64,000 bases of DNA, from NCBI GenBank assembly GCA_047495785.1, contig JBLDXI010000029.1:2790001-2854000 (forward strand), written 5' to 3'. How positions within the stretch are numbered: the stretch's first letter is position 1; every line of letters starts with the position of its first letter. Below the pieces are notes generated by a model that was not told the DNA's origin, ran no database searches, and saw nothing but the letters and a program-made list of their open reading frames with translations. Below, in pieces: positions 9,401 to 21,415 of the stretch. The translations under genes were made by a program, and so were the position numbers. Source of the stretch: Lepidodermella squamata (taxonomy: Eukaryota > Animalia > Gastrotricha).

Positions 9401-10692
9401 TGTACGGTTGGGCGATGATTCAGTGCTTACCTCTAGGCAGCTTTAAATGGGAAAAAACCAACTCATTTACAGCTGAAAATATAGCTAAGATGGATGATAA
9501 GCAAAAACGTGGTTACATTCTAGAGGTTGACGTAGAGTACCCTGTAGAGCTGCATGATAAGCACAATGACTATCCATTTTTAGCGGAACACATGATGTGT
9601 GATCCGAGTCCGTATATGAATCGCATTTCTCAGGAACACAATTTGCCCAAGTCAGCAAAAGTGAAAAAGCTTACTCAAAACCTGAATAACAAAACACGAT
9701 ATGTCATTCATTACAGGGCTTTACAGCAGGCTTTAGAACATGGATTGGTCCTCAAAAAAGTTCATCGGGTTCTAGGTTTTGACCAATCGGAATGGCTTAA
9801 GCCTTACATAGATTTTAACACCGCTCAGAGAGCAATTGCTAAAAACGACTTTGAAAAGGATTTTTTCAAGCTTATGAACAACTCAATTTTCGGGAAGACC
9901 TGTGAAAACTTGAGGAAAAGAATAGACGTTCGATTGGCAACATCAGCTGAAAAGTTGCAAAAATTGGTGAATGAGCCGACGTTCAAGTCATGTGATGACA
10001 TAAGTGACAACTTATTCAGCGTGAGCATGGCGAAAAAGAGCATTCTTTATAATAGGCCAATTATAGTAGGGATGAGTGTTTTAGACCTGAGTAAGACTTT
10101 GATGTATGATTTTCATTACAACGTGATCAAGAAAAAATATGGGGATAATGCCCAGCTGCTTTTCACTGATACGGACTCGCTGTGCTATAGCATTGAGACT
10201 AGAGATTTATATGAGGATATGAAGCCATTGAGTGATTTATTTGACTTCAGTGATTATCCCAAAGGTCACCTGTTGCATTCTGATGTTAATAAAAAAGTTA
10301 TCGGCAAATTCAAAGATGAATCCGCAGGCGGGATCGCACTTTCGACGATTACTGAGTTCGTTGGATTAAGATCAAAATCCTACAGCTACGTTTCTGAGGT
10401 GATATCTTCTGCTAACAAGGCTTTAGAGCTGCATTCGACTAGCTCAGTCAAAAAAGCTAAAGGCGTAGTAAAGCATTGCGTGAAAAATAATATAAAATTT
10501 GAAAATTATAAACGCAGCGTATTGGAACAGCAGATAACAAAAGCCACCTTTAACCAAATTAGATCTTTTAATCATAACTTGGTAACAATGCAGAGTACGA
10601 AGACAGCTTTGTGTCCATACGATGATAAACGGTGGGTTTGTGATGACGGAATAACTACGCTTGCTCATGGACACGTTAGGATATTACATTGA
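6412..10692 (+). CDS. polB: Protein-primed family B DNA polymerase, 1426 aa, with N-terminal repeats, terminal-protein region, vOTU-like protease, Zn finger and EndoVII/HNH-like insert
   Basis: Exo motifs CDAES, HNLKGYD and YLKSD; polymerase motifs YLDANNLYG, KLMNNSIFGK and FTDTDS; 'NTDQKC...AHFCWI' putative Cys/His pair; 'CHIC...RDHDHLTGNYRGAAHQFCN'. Confidence 0.97.
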   Translation: MKMNNFFILSPKGFEIKKGGKAFRKYINEGFSYDETNNKWLENGQPYTYEVVNPEDGCLIPVNGDKFNELINNNYIYEKYRNRLKKVAFYKDKKVEVGSNEFQKMVRHTHAYNPETNSLTKYKSKIRGGHVFDPINGEPILLGGARYENLVSQGYAFDQNTNKMVKRQLTNNFVINPKTLCRIKINGEKFRQLIAEGYKYIESTNSLEKDDYFQIVNRDFPGGFKQVMSRVDFEPRGKEEIDFPNYRKKIINKVIEEYREQLKQRGSIKVGLVTKMTFVRDDEEKELDRYSWNSNINCAPVILRVDQIQTVVNQLFDQIGASIEDLAQRQSGWRLKNIGTTSANTYKYNPLSGGSFIPTPPYIYNKKAVVNVQNTDQKCIIWSILACLHRVEKNAHRPTKYQKYLSEINTDTIQFPIKAKDISKLENLNKININIIEYNKFGCKEFRPYYVSDGIHNKEVNILRLREDKKAHFCWIKNMSKLLAFTSKHEHKKFWCYRCLTGFDSDLTRIRHLEDQKCEFKGTQIRFPKKFDPIENEWVMQKVKFNSFDKQLEIPFAFYCDAESILVPCNEKKGNSSTIYQKHVANSFGCYFISKVKNFKSRYQKFEGENCTKDFINYLIKMESRLTFFLRNTNIEMKFGDKEKILFDAATHCHICNKKFELHEERVRDHDHLTGNYRGAAHQFCNLGYNMKNMKIPVVFHNLKGYDSHLILKHAGEVVNEINEARKTEYEEKREEAKKSGKSEPKKPYLLNLSVIASSAEKYMSFSIGRLNFLDSFNFMSASLETIVNNLKKSGGEFQHFKSQFKNNSDSQIQLLLRKNVYPYDYITSRDKLLETQLPPIENFSQRLRASSSYSSDPKDLEPVPISLEDYQHAKKVWEEFECKSLKEYHDLYLKSDVMLLADCFENFRKTCMNFYGLDALHFVSAPALSWTSMLKLTRIELDLFDNEEMLEFIESGIRGGVSIITKRYAQANNKYMKNFDSTKPQSYITYLDANNLYGWAMIQCLPLGSFKWEKTNSFTAENIAKMDDKQKRGYILEVDVEYPVELHDKHNDYPFLAEHMMCDPSPYMNRISQEHNLPKSAKVKKLTQNLNNKTRYVIHYRALQQALEHGLVLKKVHRVLGFDQSEWLKPYIDFNTAQRAIAKNDFEKDFFKLMNNSIFGKTCENLRKRIDVRLATSAEKLQKLVNEPTFKSCDDISDNLFSVSMAKKSILYNRPIIVGMSVLDLSKTLMYDFHYNVIKKKYGDNAQLLFTDTDSLCYSIETRDLYEDMKPLSDLFDFSDYPKGHLLHSDVNKKVIGKFKDESAGGIALSTITEFVGLRSKSYSYVSEVISSANKALELHSTSSVKKAKGVVKHCVKNNIKFENYKRSVLEQQITKATFNQIRSFNHNLVTMQSTKTALCPYDDKRWVCDDGITTLAHGHVRILH

Positions 10693-10710
10693 AATATATT
10701 TCAAGTTAAT

Positions 10711-10850
10711 GCAGCTGTATTTAAAAGCTGAAAATTATCGGCTCTTGCAAGAGCCGATAATTAAATGCTAGCATTAAAAACAATGCAGAGCACGAAAACA
10801 GCTGTATCTAAAAGCTAAAAAATATCGGCTCTTTCAAGAGCCGATAATTT
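10711..10850 (+). terminator. Triple-hairpin cassette downstream of polB
   Basis: Perfect 30-bp palindrome at 10733-10762, 12-bp palindrome aatgctagcatt at 10764-10775, and a second near-perfect copy of the large palindrome at 10823-10846. Confidence 0.5.
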
Positions 10851-10859
10851 AAATCTATT

Positions 10860-11147
10860 GGCGGCAATTCATATCCAGTGCAAATTCAATTTTTAGGCGA
10901 TGTTCCCAGAAACACCCTTTTTTAGGGCTGTTTTTGAATTTTATGGAGCTGAAAATTTGAATGATCGAAATAATTGATTTAAATTCGAGTTGGATATGCA
11001 TCGGAGGCGATTTTGACTCTTTGGCGCCGATTTATGCATTTCGTAAAACCCCCATGCAAAAGCCGAGGATTTGCTGCGGAGAATATACTAGGAGCTGGAA
11101 ATTTCATTTTCAGGCGGGTGAGCCAGCTCCGGCAGACTATTACTACT
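10860..11147. repeat. Candidate right terminal inverted repeat of the Maverick; predicted 6-bp TSD ctcctc (11148-11153)
   Basis: Region after polB without a convincing ORF, ending in ACTATTACTACT as expected for AGT-repeat Polinton termini. The partner TIR is not in the window. Confidence 0.55.
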
Positions 11148-12286
11148 CTCCTCGCTATCTTTCTTGATTATCAAGAACATGGGTGCGTTTTTTGCTGCTT
11201 TTTGAGCCAAAATATCTCGGCCAGCCTCGCAGAGCTTTCCAGGGCGGAAACCGATCATAATTTCCAGTTTCACCGCGATTTTTATCATATTTTCAATCAC
11301 AAACTTACCACGCAATTCAAAAGTTATTAGTCATGTGAGGCATGCTGAAGTTTTATTTGCACACCGCGGTACTAAAATAGGCCAGAGGACTTATACGTTC
11401 AACCATCGTGAAGACTGAGGGCTTACATCGGAAGAGGTTTTATCATAGACCAGTGGTCTTTTTTAGGATTTTATGGTATATAATATTCGATAAAAGAAAC
11501 TTTTCATATTTCATTTTCATTCTCAGATTCTGAACGGACTTGAGGATTTGGCTTTGTCGTGTTTTCTACTTTCATCGCGTCAATTGATGAAAGTGAGAGT
11601 TAGCCAATCAGTGCCTCATTTTGACGCAGTGAAATGCCTTCAACGTGGAACCCAGTGTGCGGCTATTTGGGGGGTGGGAGGGTGGGGGTGTGGGGGATCA
11701 TCCCCCAAGCTCGGCCGGTTCAGACAACAAAATGAGAATTAATCCCAATGTATCGTTAATTTTGAGAGCTTCTGGAGCGTGTTTTAGTGGAAAATCTTCA
11801 ACATTTTCTCGCTTCGCTCGCTTTAAAGCTAATATGACTATTCATTTTGGCAAAAACAGCAAAAACATATTATTCATCCCTGGCAGCACCGGAATCCAAG
11901 ATCGCACCCTGGTGGAACCGCCCAACTTGCAAGTGCTCATGATGAACATTATCGAAAATACTGCTATGAAACTGGCCTTAGCGGAAACTCCCATCAGCAG
12001 AAATGCTTCAAGGCGGGCAAGTCAATTAGCCGAAAGTGTCCACTGGCGCAAATGACTATAAGTATCAGCGAAAATGTTGTTGGAGGAAAAGGTTTCAGCG
12101 GAAATGTTAAAGTGACAAGGTGAGAACACGCTGGGTTCGCAATTGAAATATTTATTAATTGCACAGAGATACATCTTCCACTGCAATTCAGCCGTTCATT
12201 GATAATCGATTTGCCAATACAGTAATGTACAGTTATAACGCACGCGATTGTATGAGCAAATCAATTAATTCATGCTGATATTGTGC

Positions 12287-13173
12287 TTATGCATTGGAGC
12301 CTTGGCATTTTTCCATTGTTACGCCGTATACGGTATCCGTGGTGGGCCGAGGTTTTGGGCTGATGGGTGTAGTGCCGAGATAAAAGCAGCAAGCCGCGAA
12401 AGTAGTATGGGTATATTGAGATGGTGGGCTGGTGGTCTGTATACATAAATTGTTACAAAACTTCATGCAGATCCAAAACAAAACGCAAATTTACCAATCC
12501 ACTAGTTATCATCACAGAGCTTGTAGGGAAAGCTGTATTGGGGAAACGAAAGCAATAGCCCTGAGTTGCACCAGCAATGACACCTGTCACTTTGTAAGGC
12601 GATGCATCAGCTGCTCCGATGCAGGTCGGAATGCCCGTAGTACTGCCCACCGGCGTGATGATTTCGTATGTGATCCAGGCAGCGTTAGCAGGTGTCTGTG
12701 TGGCGGCGCAGCACGCAGCGAATGTGCTGAAGCTATTCGGCGAGTCAGTAGAAGCCTATAGCCCCGTAAATGCGAAATGAACCATCGCGATTTAACGAGC
12801 AAATGAAATCATTACCACAGCAGCAGGTGTTACGGTGAGATAAGCTGTACATGAAGCTCCGGCGACGGCGTGGCAAAATTTGACACTTTGTCCAACCCCA
12901 GCACCAGTCCCAAAGGTTGTCATTGAGCACAACTGGTAGGCAGGCTGAGAGTGGAAAAGGGGAAAATAATTTTGAACGATGTAAAAAGGTTTCATCTCAT
13001 ACCGTGGCCTGGCAACTCTGGCCATTGGTAGTGCACGGATTGGCCGTGTTCAGGCAGCTTTGACTCGACGTGCAGGTCGCGCTCGTTGGGCACGGAGTTG
13101 TAGTCGTCGAAGCAGGGCAGGCTGTGACAGCAGCACAGGCGGCAGCGAGAATTGCCAGCGTAAGGTAGGCCAT
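12287..13173 (-). pseudogene. Secreted Cys-rich family, copy A (4 exons; apparent frameshift at ~13084 in exon 1)
   Basis: Signal peptide MAYLTLAILAAACAAVTA-CP, GT-AG phase-0 introns, exons homologous to copies B-E, TATA-like TATAAAA ~50 bp upstream. Frame breaks at CCA ACG A GCG ACC TGC. Confidence 0.8.
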
Positions 13174-14866
13174 TGTAAAAATATTAGAAGACTTATGCTT
13201 CAGGTGCCTTTCTGGCCGGGTTTTATAGCTACGCCGCGTTACGTCAGACTTGATTTGCGTAAACCACCATTGGTAGTTGATTGCTTAAATTCGTGAGGTT
13301 TTACATGCTAGAGTAATGGGAGCTATAATCATGGTTGTTAGAAGGCTGTCGCTTTTTTCCGAAATGTCCCTCGAAAGATGGCAGTCAATGTAAATAACAA
13401 GGAATAGATGCAAGCTTGCGCGAGCAATTATTCGAATGAATACGAAAGGTGTTAGCGATGACGCTAGCTTTGACCTGAAGGGCAAAAACCGAATTTCGTC
13501 ACGTGTAAACAACACCAACTAGTTCTGACTGACATTGAGCTCAGTTTAATTTTCATTTGAGCATATTTATTACTACAGGATAATTAATTGTCACGTAACA
13601 ATTTCAATGTAGCGCAATTCTTTTTTCAGTTAAGTACATCTCAAAATCGAGAATTTCCGCAACGAAATTTATATAGGTATATAAGATTGCGCTGAAATTT
13701 GCGGTGAAGTGTTGTTTCACTGAATCTGATTGGAATTAATGACTGATTATCGAAAATTGCATTGTATTTGCGGCCATCGAGTATCGTGTTTTCCCTGATA
13801 AACTAACCATGCGGTATTGGGCCCATATTGCCAGTTACTTTCAAGCATTCAACCCATTAAGGGCGAAAGATTTAACCCATTCCTCAATCTCTTGTGAGCC
13901 GAATTAATTTTTCTGATCTTGAATCAATCAATATCGAGTTCCTCACCTGAAATGATGATGGTTTTAACAATGTTTTTCCAAAAACCGGTAAACAGTTCCG
14001 AATAGGGAAATATCCTCTGCGTTCTGCTTGTCAGTTTTCTCCTACTTCTTTGAGCGATCGTTTTGCTGCGCCAAACGTTGACGAGGAACTCAAAATTCTT
14101 CATTTCTAATCACTTCTCCATTTTTTGTTTATATTTATTATTTATTTAGTTTCATACCAGCTAACACGCTGCTCTGATATAAATGAATGGCTATCTGTAA
14201 TAGTTGGCTGGTTGAGAGATTGCCCTAATTTTGTTTACAATTTAGATCTCTATTGTATTGTAATATTCTATTGCTAATTACCTAAATTGTTATTATTCAG
14301 TTCTCTACATACTAACAACGCTGCCATATAAATGCATGGCTAATGATCTGAAATAGTCGACCGGTTGATATTATAGCGTGAAAAGTCAATTTGACGCCGT
14401 TACTAATCGTCGCAAGCTAGCCGACCTGCCAGTCGTGCCGGCCGGTTCGTTATATGCCGCAGTACATTATCTGTACCCGCTGCAGTACATACATGTTTGA
14501 TTTTTTTGTTAGCGATCAACCTAGTCATTAGCGCCACAGCACAGTGCGCGCTCGTCATGCAAATAAATGTTGTCTATAGTTTCGAACTTGTAAAAGCGAG
14601 ATGTAGAACAGACAAATGGCGTGACAACAAAGCGCTTTCCTTCATTGATGAAAATTAATAAAATTAATGAAATCCTGTCAAGCCATGATAAGAACTGATG
14701 TCATAAGAGCGAGGCCTTTTCGCAGTATAAGAAATGCTCTGCAGTTGTGTCCACTGTGGCGCGGTACCCAAAACAACTCTGGTAAGCTCCATCGCTAGTT
14801 TTGGGATCCTTGTGCTACCAGAAGGAAGTAGAGTTCTCGCGCTTTGTTTGCATTTCTTTCGTAAAA

Positions 14867-15221
14867 TATCGATCAGTTCAAATCTTAGCGCGCGCTTTAC
14901 GCTTTCCATAGCTACTTTGGAAGCTTATCTTCAAACATATAATATATCGTTAGCGTCGTTGAATAACTCGGACTTAGGCTTGTTTACTTCCGTTTCAAGA
15001 TCACGAGTGACAAGTAAAAAGCGGATTTTTAACGTGAACGACGAGGCAAAAAAGAGACGTTTTACTTGTCACCTATCCGCTTCAAATGGATGTGAACAAG
15101 CCTAAATCCGAGTTATTCAACGACGCTAACGATATATTATATATTTGAAGTATGATTTGAAGATAAGCCTCCAAAGTAGCTATGGACGTAAAGCGCGCTC
15201 TAAGATTTGAACTGATCGATA
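14867..15221. repeat. ~355-bp imperfect palindrome joining two non-LTR retrotransposon relics
   Basis: 14867-14995 is the reverse complement of ~15083-15221; inner IR gtgacaagtaaaa/ttttacttgtcac. Confidence 0.85.
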
Positions 15222-15740
15222 AAATCCGCCAGAAAGTTGCGAACGGATTGCGCGGCCAGGGATATAATGTCACTGAGGAAGGACATTGTGTAGCGATGAG
15301 CAACGGCTCTTCTCGACGCTTTGATATCCTAGCCATCAAGAAAGGAAGCGGGAATAATTATTGATCCTACTATCAGAAGCGAGTCTTTCCAAAACCAATT
15401 CGAATTGGTCGATACGGAAAAACGCGCAATATACGAACCGTGTAGCAAGTTTACTTGCGAAGCATACAACCTAGGTTCAATAGAAGTACCCTGACAACAG
15501 ACGCCGTAAAACTTCTGCGCGACTATGGAATCAACGCCGGCACAGCCGTCGAAATCGCTTCACAGGCCCTTAAAGACAGAATTCGAATTCTTCACCACCA
15601 TCTATATTCTAACCAACGATAAATAACCAATAATTATTATTAAGAAATATCACCTAACTGAAATTAATTAATTCATATCTCTGTGTCTTGAAGGCAATAT
15701 TACTAAGAATTGTGTAACACAGACCACCAATAAATGGGTA
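15216..15740 (+). mobile_element. 3' fragment of an RLE-type non-LTR retrotransposon (R2/NeSL/Utopia-like)
   Basis: DKIRQKVANGLR..GYNV.EE.HC...RRFDILAI then, after a frameshift, IIDPTIR.E...EKRAIYEP, matching a PD-(D/E)xK RLE domain; AATAAA at ~15728. Confidence 0.75.
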
Positions 15741-18700
15741 TCTCTCTTTCCCTTAGAGGATTAATGGACTGATAAAAAGCTTCTCCAATCTATCAAATAT
15801 CGATTTTCAAGCACATTGAGTCAATCCTCTGAGTAGTCATTCTTTCAGGAAAATTATGTCATGACTCAAGTCCGAAATCGGTCTGTCGCGGATGGGTATT
15901 CCAGACCCCGACGTGATTTCAAACTAGATAACTGTCGCCGGGCTGGATTGACGTTCGCCTAGAATATCTGGACTCGTAGACGTCGTAGGCTGAAGTTTCA
16001 GGGCTGAAATGTTTCAAGTGATCACATTACTGGCGCTGGGCGAAAATATGGGATGGGCTGGATACATTCTTTTTGATCACCAACCGAGACTGAATGCGTT
16101 AGTGATCAGGGTCCATAATATGACCCCTAATCAGGGTTGAATCGACAACACAACATTGTTCCTTCAAACATTGTCAAGCTGCCCTCTCTTGGGTGTCATA
16201 GCTTCTAAATAAATAAATAAGTAACAAGTCACGAGGATGTAATACGATGCCCAGAAAATGGTGACGTAACAAAGATTTTCTTTCTTTTCAGCAGTGCTCC
16301 GCAAACTCGGTTGTTCCGCCTGCTTGCGGCCGGCGAAGCAATTCATCGCGGCCGGAAATGGCTGGAATGCGCTACCCGTCTCCTCCGATCACGAAGCGAA
16401 AACCAGCCTGTTTTAGACTGTTTTCAGCCAACATTTATGTAAAATACCCTTAGCTAAAGCTCGCTTTGCTCACATATACTATTAAACTCTGATTTGCTGG
16501 GTCCTTGAGTCCTTGAGCTGGTCCTTGAGCTGGTCCTTGAGCATTTTCCTCCTGAGATGTTCTAGGTAGAAGTTCGAACAGGTGCAGGCTTAGCCGGATA
16601 CTTGAATGATGAAATTCGGCAACTAGCAACTGAAATTCGTGTAGGACACTGCTTAAGGGTTCACAGATTCTGCCTCCAGTGCCATTCACATCATTTTACC
16701 AGATACTTTAATCTAACTTAATCATTAACTCTAAAACTCGAATTCGCCAAGGCCTTCAGCTTCAACGGGACATAGCTCGAGTTGAACTCTTCGATTTCAC
16801 CTGACATGGAACCCGGATGAATCTTCAGATTGGGCGATACATAGTTGATAGGCGCACAACGCCGTCGCTAACAGGGTGCTCTGGTACCCCAAACAAAGGA
16901 AGGCTCAAAAAACCACAGGGGGACCCTTTGGTTTCTTCGGCTGGGTGCTAGAAACCGAGGCGTAATTACCGAGCCGAGTCAATAACTCGGATTCCAACTT
17001 TTTTACGGCAGTTTTAAGGCGTTGGGTGACAAACAAATAACAAGAAATACAAATAAATAGTAACAGTGCTGTCGAATATTCGACATTTAAAATAGATTCT
17101 CAATTTTCGAGTTAAATTCAGCTCAGGCCAATATAACCATGAGTGGTTGATTCTTTCGCTCTATACTTAAGCCATGAGCCTTGCTGAGCATTCATCGCTG
17201 AAAAACCTCAGCCAGTGACTGCGCCAATCGTTCGGCTGCCAGGAGCACTCGTGAGAAGAAGCAAAAGCGTAGGCGCGACTTTTCATAGTCTTCAGTGAAA
17301 GTAATTCAAACATATATGTAATACAAGCTGAAGTAAAATTATTATTCTGAAACTCACCTCTGCAATAGAGATAGATTTGTATCGGCCACTTTTCAGGTTT
17401 CGAATAGGCGTCGAAAAAGCTAGCGGCCAGGGTGAACCATAGCTACAGGCGCCTAATTCGAATAGGCAAAACTTGATATTAGCCTGGGTCGCGCCAGGCC
17501 ATCCCGGGTTTTCGCGATGCTGCATTAAGCATAAGGCCTGTGAAAAACTGTTATGTATAATCCGCGAGAAAGCGGAAGAAAATGCATGGCTTTTAAGGTG
17601 CCCGAAACAATACTTTTTTGATTGCGAATGAATGCTTTTACAAATATTGAAAAAACGCAAGCTTAAGCTCCCGTTGTCATCTTGCTAGGAATTAATAGCT
17701 GTAGCGTATCACGTCCGACCTTTTCAACCGAACCGCCTAATAAAAAACGACAGATTTTCTGGAGGTTTTCAAACACTTCAGGGGTAAAATCAGCAACGCG
17801 GCTAGACAAGTATCTTCTTATTATTTTCTTAACGCCATTTATCAGGCGATATTAGTCATTCGAACAGATAAGTGCTTTTTGCAGGCAATAAACATTTTCG
17901 AATTAATACGGAGAATGTTTTGCACGCGTGTTTCACGTGCTGAGGTATCAATAACAATAGGCAGAAAACAAGTATTGTCGCACGTTAACAACGCCAAGCA
18001 GTTCCGACTGACAAGTAGCGTCGGCGAGGTTTCATTTGCTCATAATAGACTCCACATGATACTTGCTTTTAACGTGAAGATTTCAACTTATCGTTTGTCA
18101 TACGAGTTCTTGGCTTTTTCTCAGGTTCCAATTATCACATTGAATAAATGTTTTTAAGCATAGATAACAATTGGAAATATACATCGCATGTAGCACAATA
18201 TTTTCCGGCTCTTGAACAGAGTTGCCAAAAAGTTGAATTTAACAACCAATCAGTCGTCCGCTTGAAAGTACACTGAATTTAATTTCCGGCGTGAAGCTTG
18301 ATTGCGTCATTTCTTGAGATATTTGTGTCAGAGCATAAAGCGTAAAGTATGAAACTCATTTAAACCTAGAAAATCGTTTGGTATTACTCTTGAGATTGGG
18401 AGAAGCTTAGATGAAAGGCTAGCTTTCCCTGGAAAATGATTTCGATTCACCTATACATTGCAGAAACGTTGAGTTTTCGCTACTCGGTAATTGATATCAA
18501 TGATCAGCTGAATACAGTGGATCGTTATTCAGAAATTCCTCAATGATTTATCTAAGATAAAGAAAGTGAAAATGCACTGATTGGCATCAACGATTGTTAT
18601 TGCCTACTTTGCTTCGTCTACCAGAGTGCGAAATCGTTGGTTTTTCTGTTTCAATCTGACACTTATCTCGAAATTCATCTGTTGGAAGTTTGATAACTGA

Positions 18701-19779
18701 TAAATCATGGGCAATTATACTTCAAATTGTTGCATCTCCTCATAGTTAAGACTTCAGCGTTACAGTAGTTGAAAGTTAATTATCCTTGACGGTTACTTAC
18801 TAGTCGTTACTTACAAGATTATAATTGTAGATCGCAGTCAGGCCTGAGAACTAAATTTCGGTGTCCGATCTACATGGGGTTTGCAGCGTATGATACGATA
18901 GATTGAAGAATGTTGTTATCAAGTGATGCCAAGACAATTGTGGCTTGTTTACGCAAGTGCAGGTGGGAACCTCGAAAATGGACGGAAACCCTTCGGGTTC
19001 AGACTCTCGTTCTGGAGTGTTGGCGGAAATGGAAAGCGAACGAACAGTTTCAAAACACTTGTGAATGTACCTGTGACTTGCTGAGTTTTGCGGTTTTAAC
19101 GCACCTAACACAATGATTCTAACACAGGGTGGTTGACCTTTGATTCAGCTCAAGGATTTACATCAGAATCGAAAATTCGTTACTTATTCATTCCAATTAT
19201 TTTTCATTCTTACTCATATTCCAGTCTAATGTTTCCAATTCTACTATTCATTAGATTTCCATCTTCTACCTTTTGTTGCAGATATAATGCTAAATCATTT
19301 TGCAAGTTCTTTTGTCACATTTCCTACAGTCTGCAACAACAGCAGAAAAGCTCTTTACAGAGTGTATCATATTACGCGAAATTCCTAGTTAGCGGAAGAT
19401 GATACCCATTCTACTCCATTATACCCATGATTGTGATAACAGTTTCAGGTACTCGCTACTATTCACAATTCTATTGTGTTTCATTGAACAACAGTCATTA
19501 CGCTATAAGGTTTATAAAATGAAAGATAATAGCCTCGCAAAAGAAAGAGCCGTTGTTTTCTCATGAAAATTGAATTAGATACGTCAAAGTGATACCTTTC
19601 TCTAACTCGTAAACATCAATGCCCTCTAAATGTTGAAGACTGAGTCACTCAATTTCACATTAGGTAGTTTTCTAATTGAATTATAGAGTCAACTTTATAA
19701 CCATGGGGCTGCTGGAGGTCTTTTTTTCACAACGTTGAAGGTAATTTATTCAGAATAATAAATACTCAGAAAAAATATG

Positions 19780-20860
19780 TTTTTCGACAGGCTGCATCTG
19801 CTGCTGCTAAAAGGCCACCCAATCGAATTGTCCCAATACTTCGGGCACTATACTTTGGGATAGCTGTTGGGTATCAGTTGGGAAAGGGGGAGGATAATGC
19901 CGGGGGAACCCCGTACTGCCGCCGTTACTGTCGTAGAAATCTTTGTATGCCGCCAGTGTCCACCCACACGGTTCACCCGGCGCTACTGTAGCAGCGTAGT
20001 TGTTGCTAATGTTTGGGGTGCTGAAAATATAGGGTGTGGACGCCCAATAACGAAATGAGAGAGATTATTGAGCTATTAGAATTAAAAGTAGTTTAGTCAG
20101 CTTGCTACTACCGTAAATGTGCTAGGTGCGAACACCATGGTGCGAGACAGGGCGTGAGAATCGACATTGGGAAAATCAAATATAGATATATAGAAGATAT
20201 AGGCAGTGGACCCCTGGTAAACGGGAAATATTACTGAGCTATTATAACTCAAGGTTTAAGATAAATTAGTCAATCAGTTCGACATTACCGATGGCCATTT
20301 GGGGTTTGGAAGCAGAATTAGTACTTTGGACTATCGTGAATGAGCTGGGTCCGAAAACATCAAAATTGAGCATCAAACTCAATCAAATTTTTGCGCTGGG
20401 AGCTGTCTCTGCGCTTAAAAAACGCTATTTTGTTAACATATGTGATCATCTCGCGGTTGCGTCTGCAATCAGGACTGAGTTGCATGCCCCAGCACTTGCT
20501 GAGCAAAACAGGAAATCAGTTTGCGGCATGTGACGCATTGATTATATAATTAGACAAAAATCAAAATCTTTCTCTATAAGCAATTTTAAGTTGGATGCGG
20601 GATTTCTCTCCCCTGTGTTGGCATTGTGAAGTCTTATGTATTAGCATTCGTTGCGCAGGCAGAACCAGAGACACATGGGTTGCCATGAAACGTTAGCATT
20701 GACTAGTGACGATCGGAATGACGCTACGGATTGAGATCGCGGATCGGCCTATTAGATTATTCTGTGCCCCTGATGGATGGCTTAAGAGTTGTTGGAGGCG
20801 CCATGGATTCTTTCATCTCTGGCAATCAGCGAAACCAGGCAAGAATGGGTTCTCAGTCTC
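19780..20860 (-). pseudogene. Decayed copy of the Cys-rich family (psi1)
   Basis: Minus-strand GNPCVSGSACATNANT*DFT resembles SNPCSSGSSCVASANVCDST. A downstream relic AYKDFYDSNGGST resembles PYKITAANANGGPT. Stops and frameshifts present. Confidence 0.55.
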
Positions 20861-21415
20861 CCGACGTTTGGTCAACGAGTCAGCTATTCTCAGCATTCTG
20901 AGATCCTTCAATGTCTATAAATTGTTCTCACTGTGAACCTCTAGATCCCTTCACAGGTTGACCTCACTTTGATGTAGCACTTCCAAAAATCGATTAATGT
21001 TTAAATAAACAAGTTCCATATTGTCATCGAAATGACTTTTATCTTTGAACGAACACTGATTCTTCATTCCTGCTTAAAGCCGGCTGATCTATCCGAAATC
21101 AACAGCCTTTAGTGTCCCTTTGAAAACACTGAATTAGGAATTAAGAATACAGGCATAAAACTTGACTGCGTGGGTCATTGCTGCAGAGATTTGTGCTCAA
21201 AAGTTGTTGGCTTTTGAAAAAATGACGAAAATGCTGTCCGCCACATTGATTAAAAAATCCCATTTTTCAAAAACAAAATTGAAAACCACATTCAAAATTC
21301 CTAATGTTTATGAAATTTCACTGATTTCAATTTTTCTGCAATTGATTTCAATTATCAACTAAATGCTGCGGATAGATACTCGGAAATTCCTCAATTTACA
21401 CTAACAACTTAGAAC

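Larger units (their letters stand above)
1..11147. mobile_element. Maverick/Polinton (adintovirus-like endogenous virus), right portion; left end outside the window
   Basis: Dense, intronless, AT-rich gene block with pPolB, rve integrase, A32-type ATPase, PLA2X and probable capsid genes. Candidate terminus ACTATTACTACT at 11136-11147 (reverse complement AGTAGT...). Confidence 0.95.

Noticed and set aside
7232-10674. Short minus-strand ORFs inside polB
   Set aside because: Antisense shadows with no motifs.
10961-12110. Several 60-136 aa ORFs right of polB
   Set aside because: No recognisable motifs; they overlap the candidate TIR and MITE-like sequence.
15728-15750. Possible U2 snRNA target remnant (gtatct) after the RLE element
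   Set aside because: Only about 6 matching bases and no further U2 sequence; too short to support.
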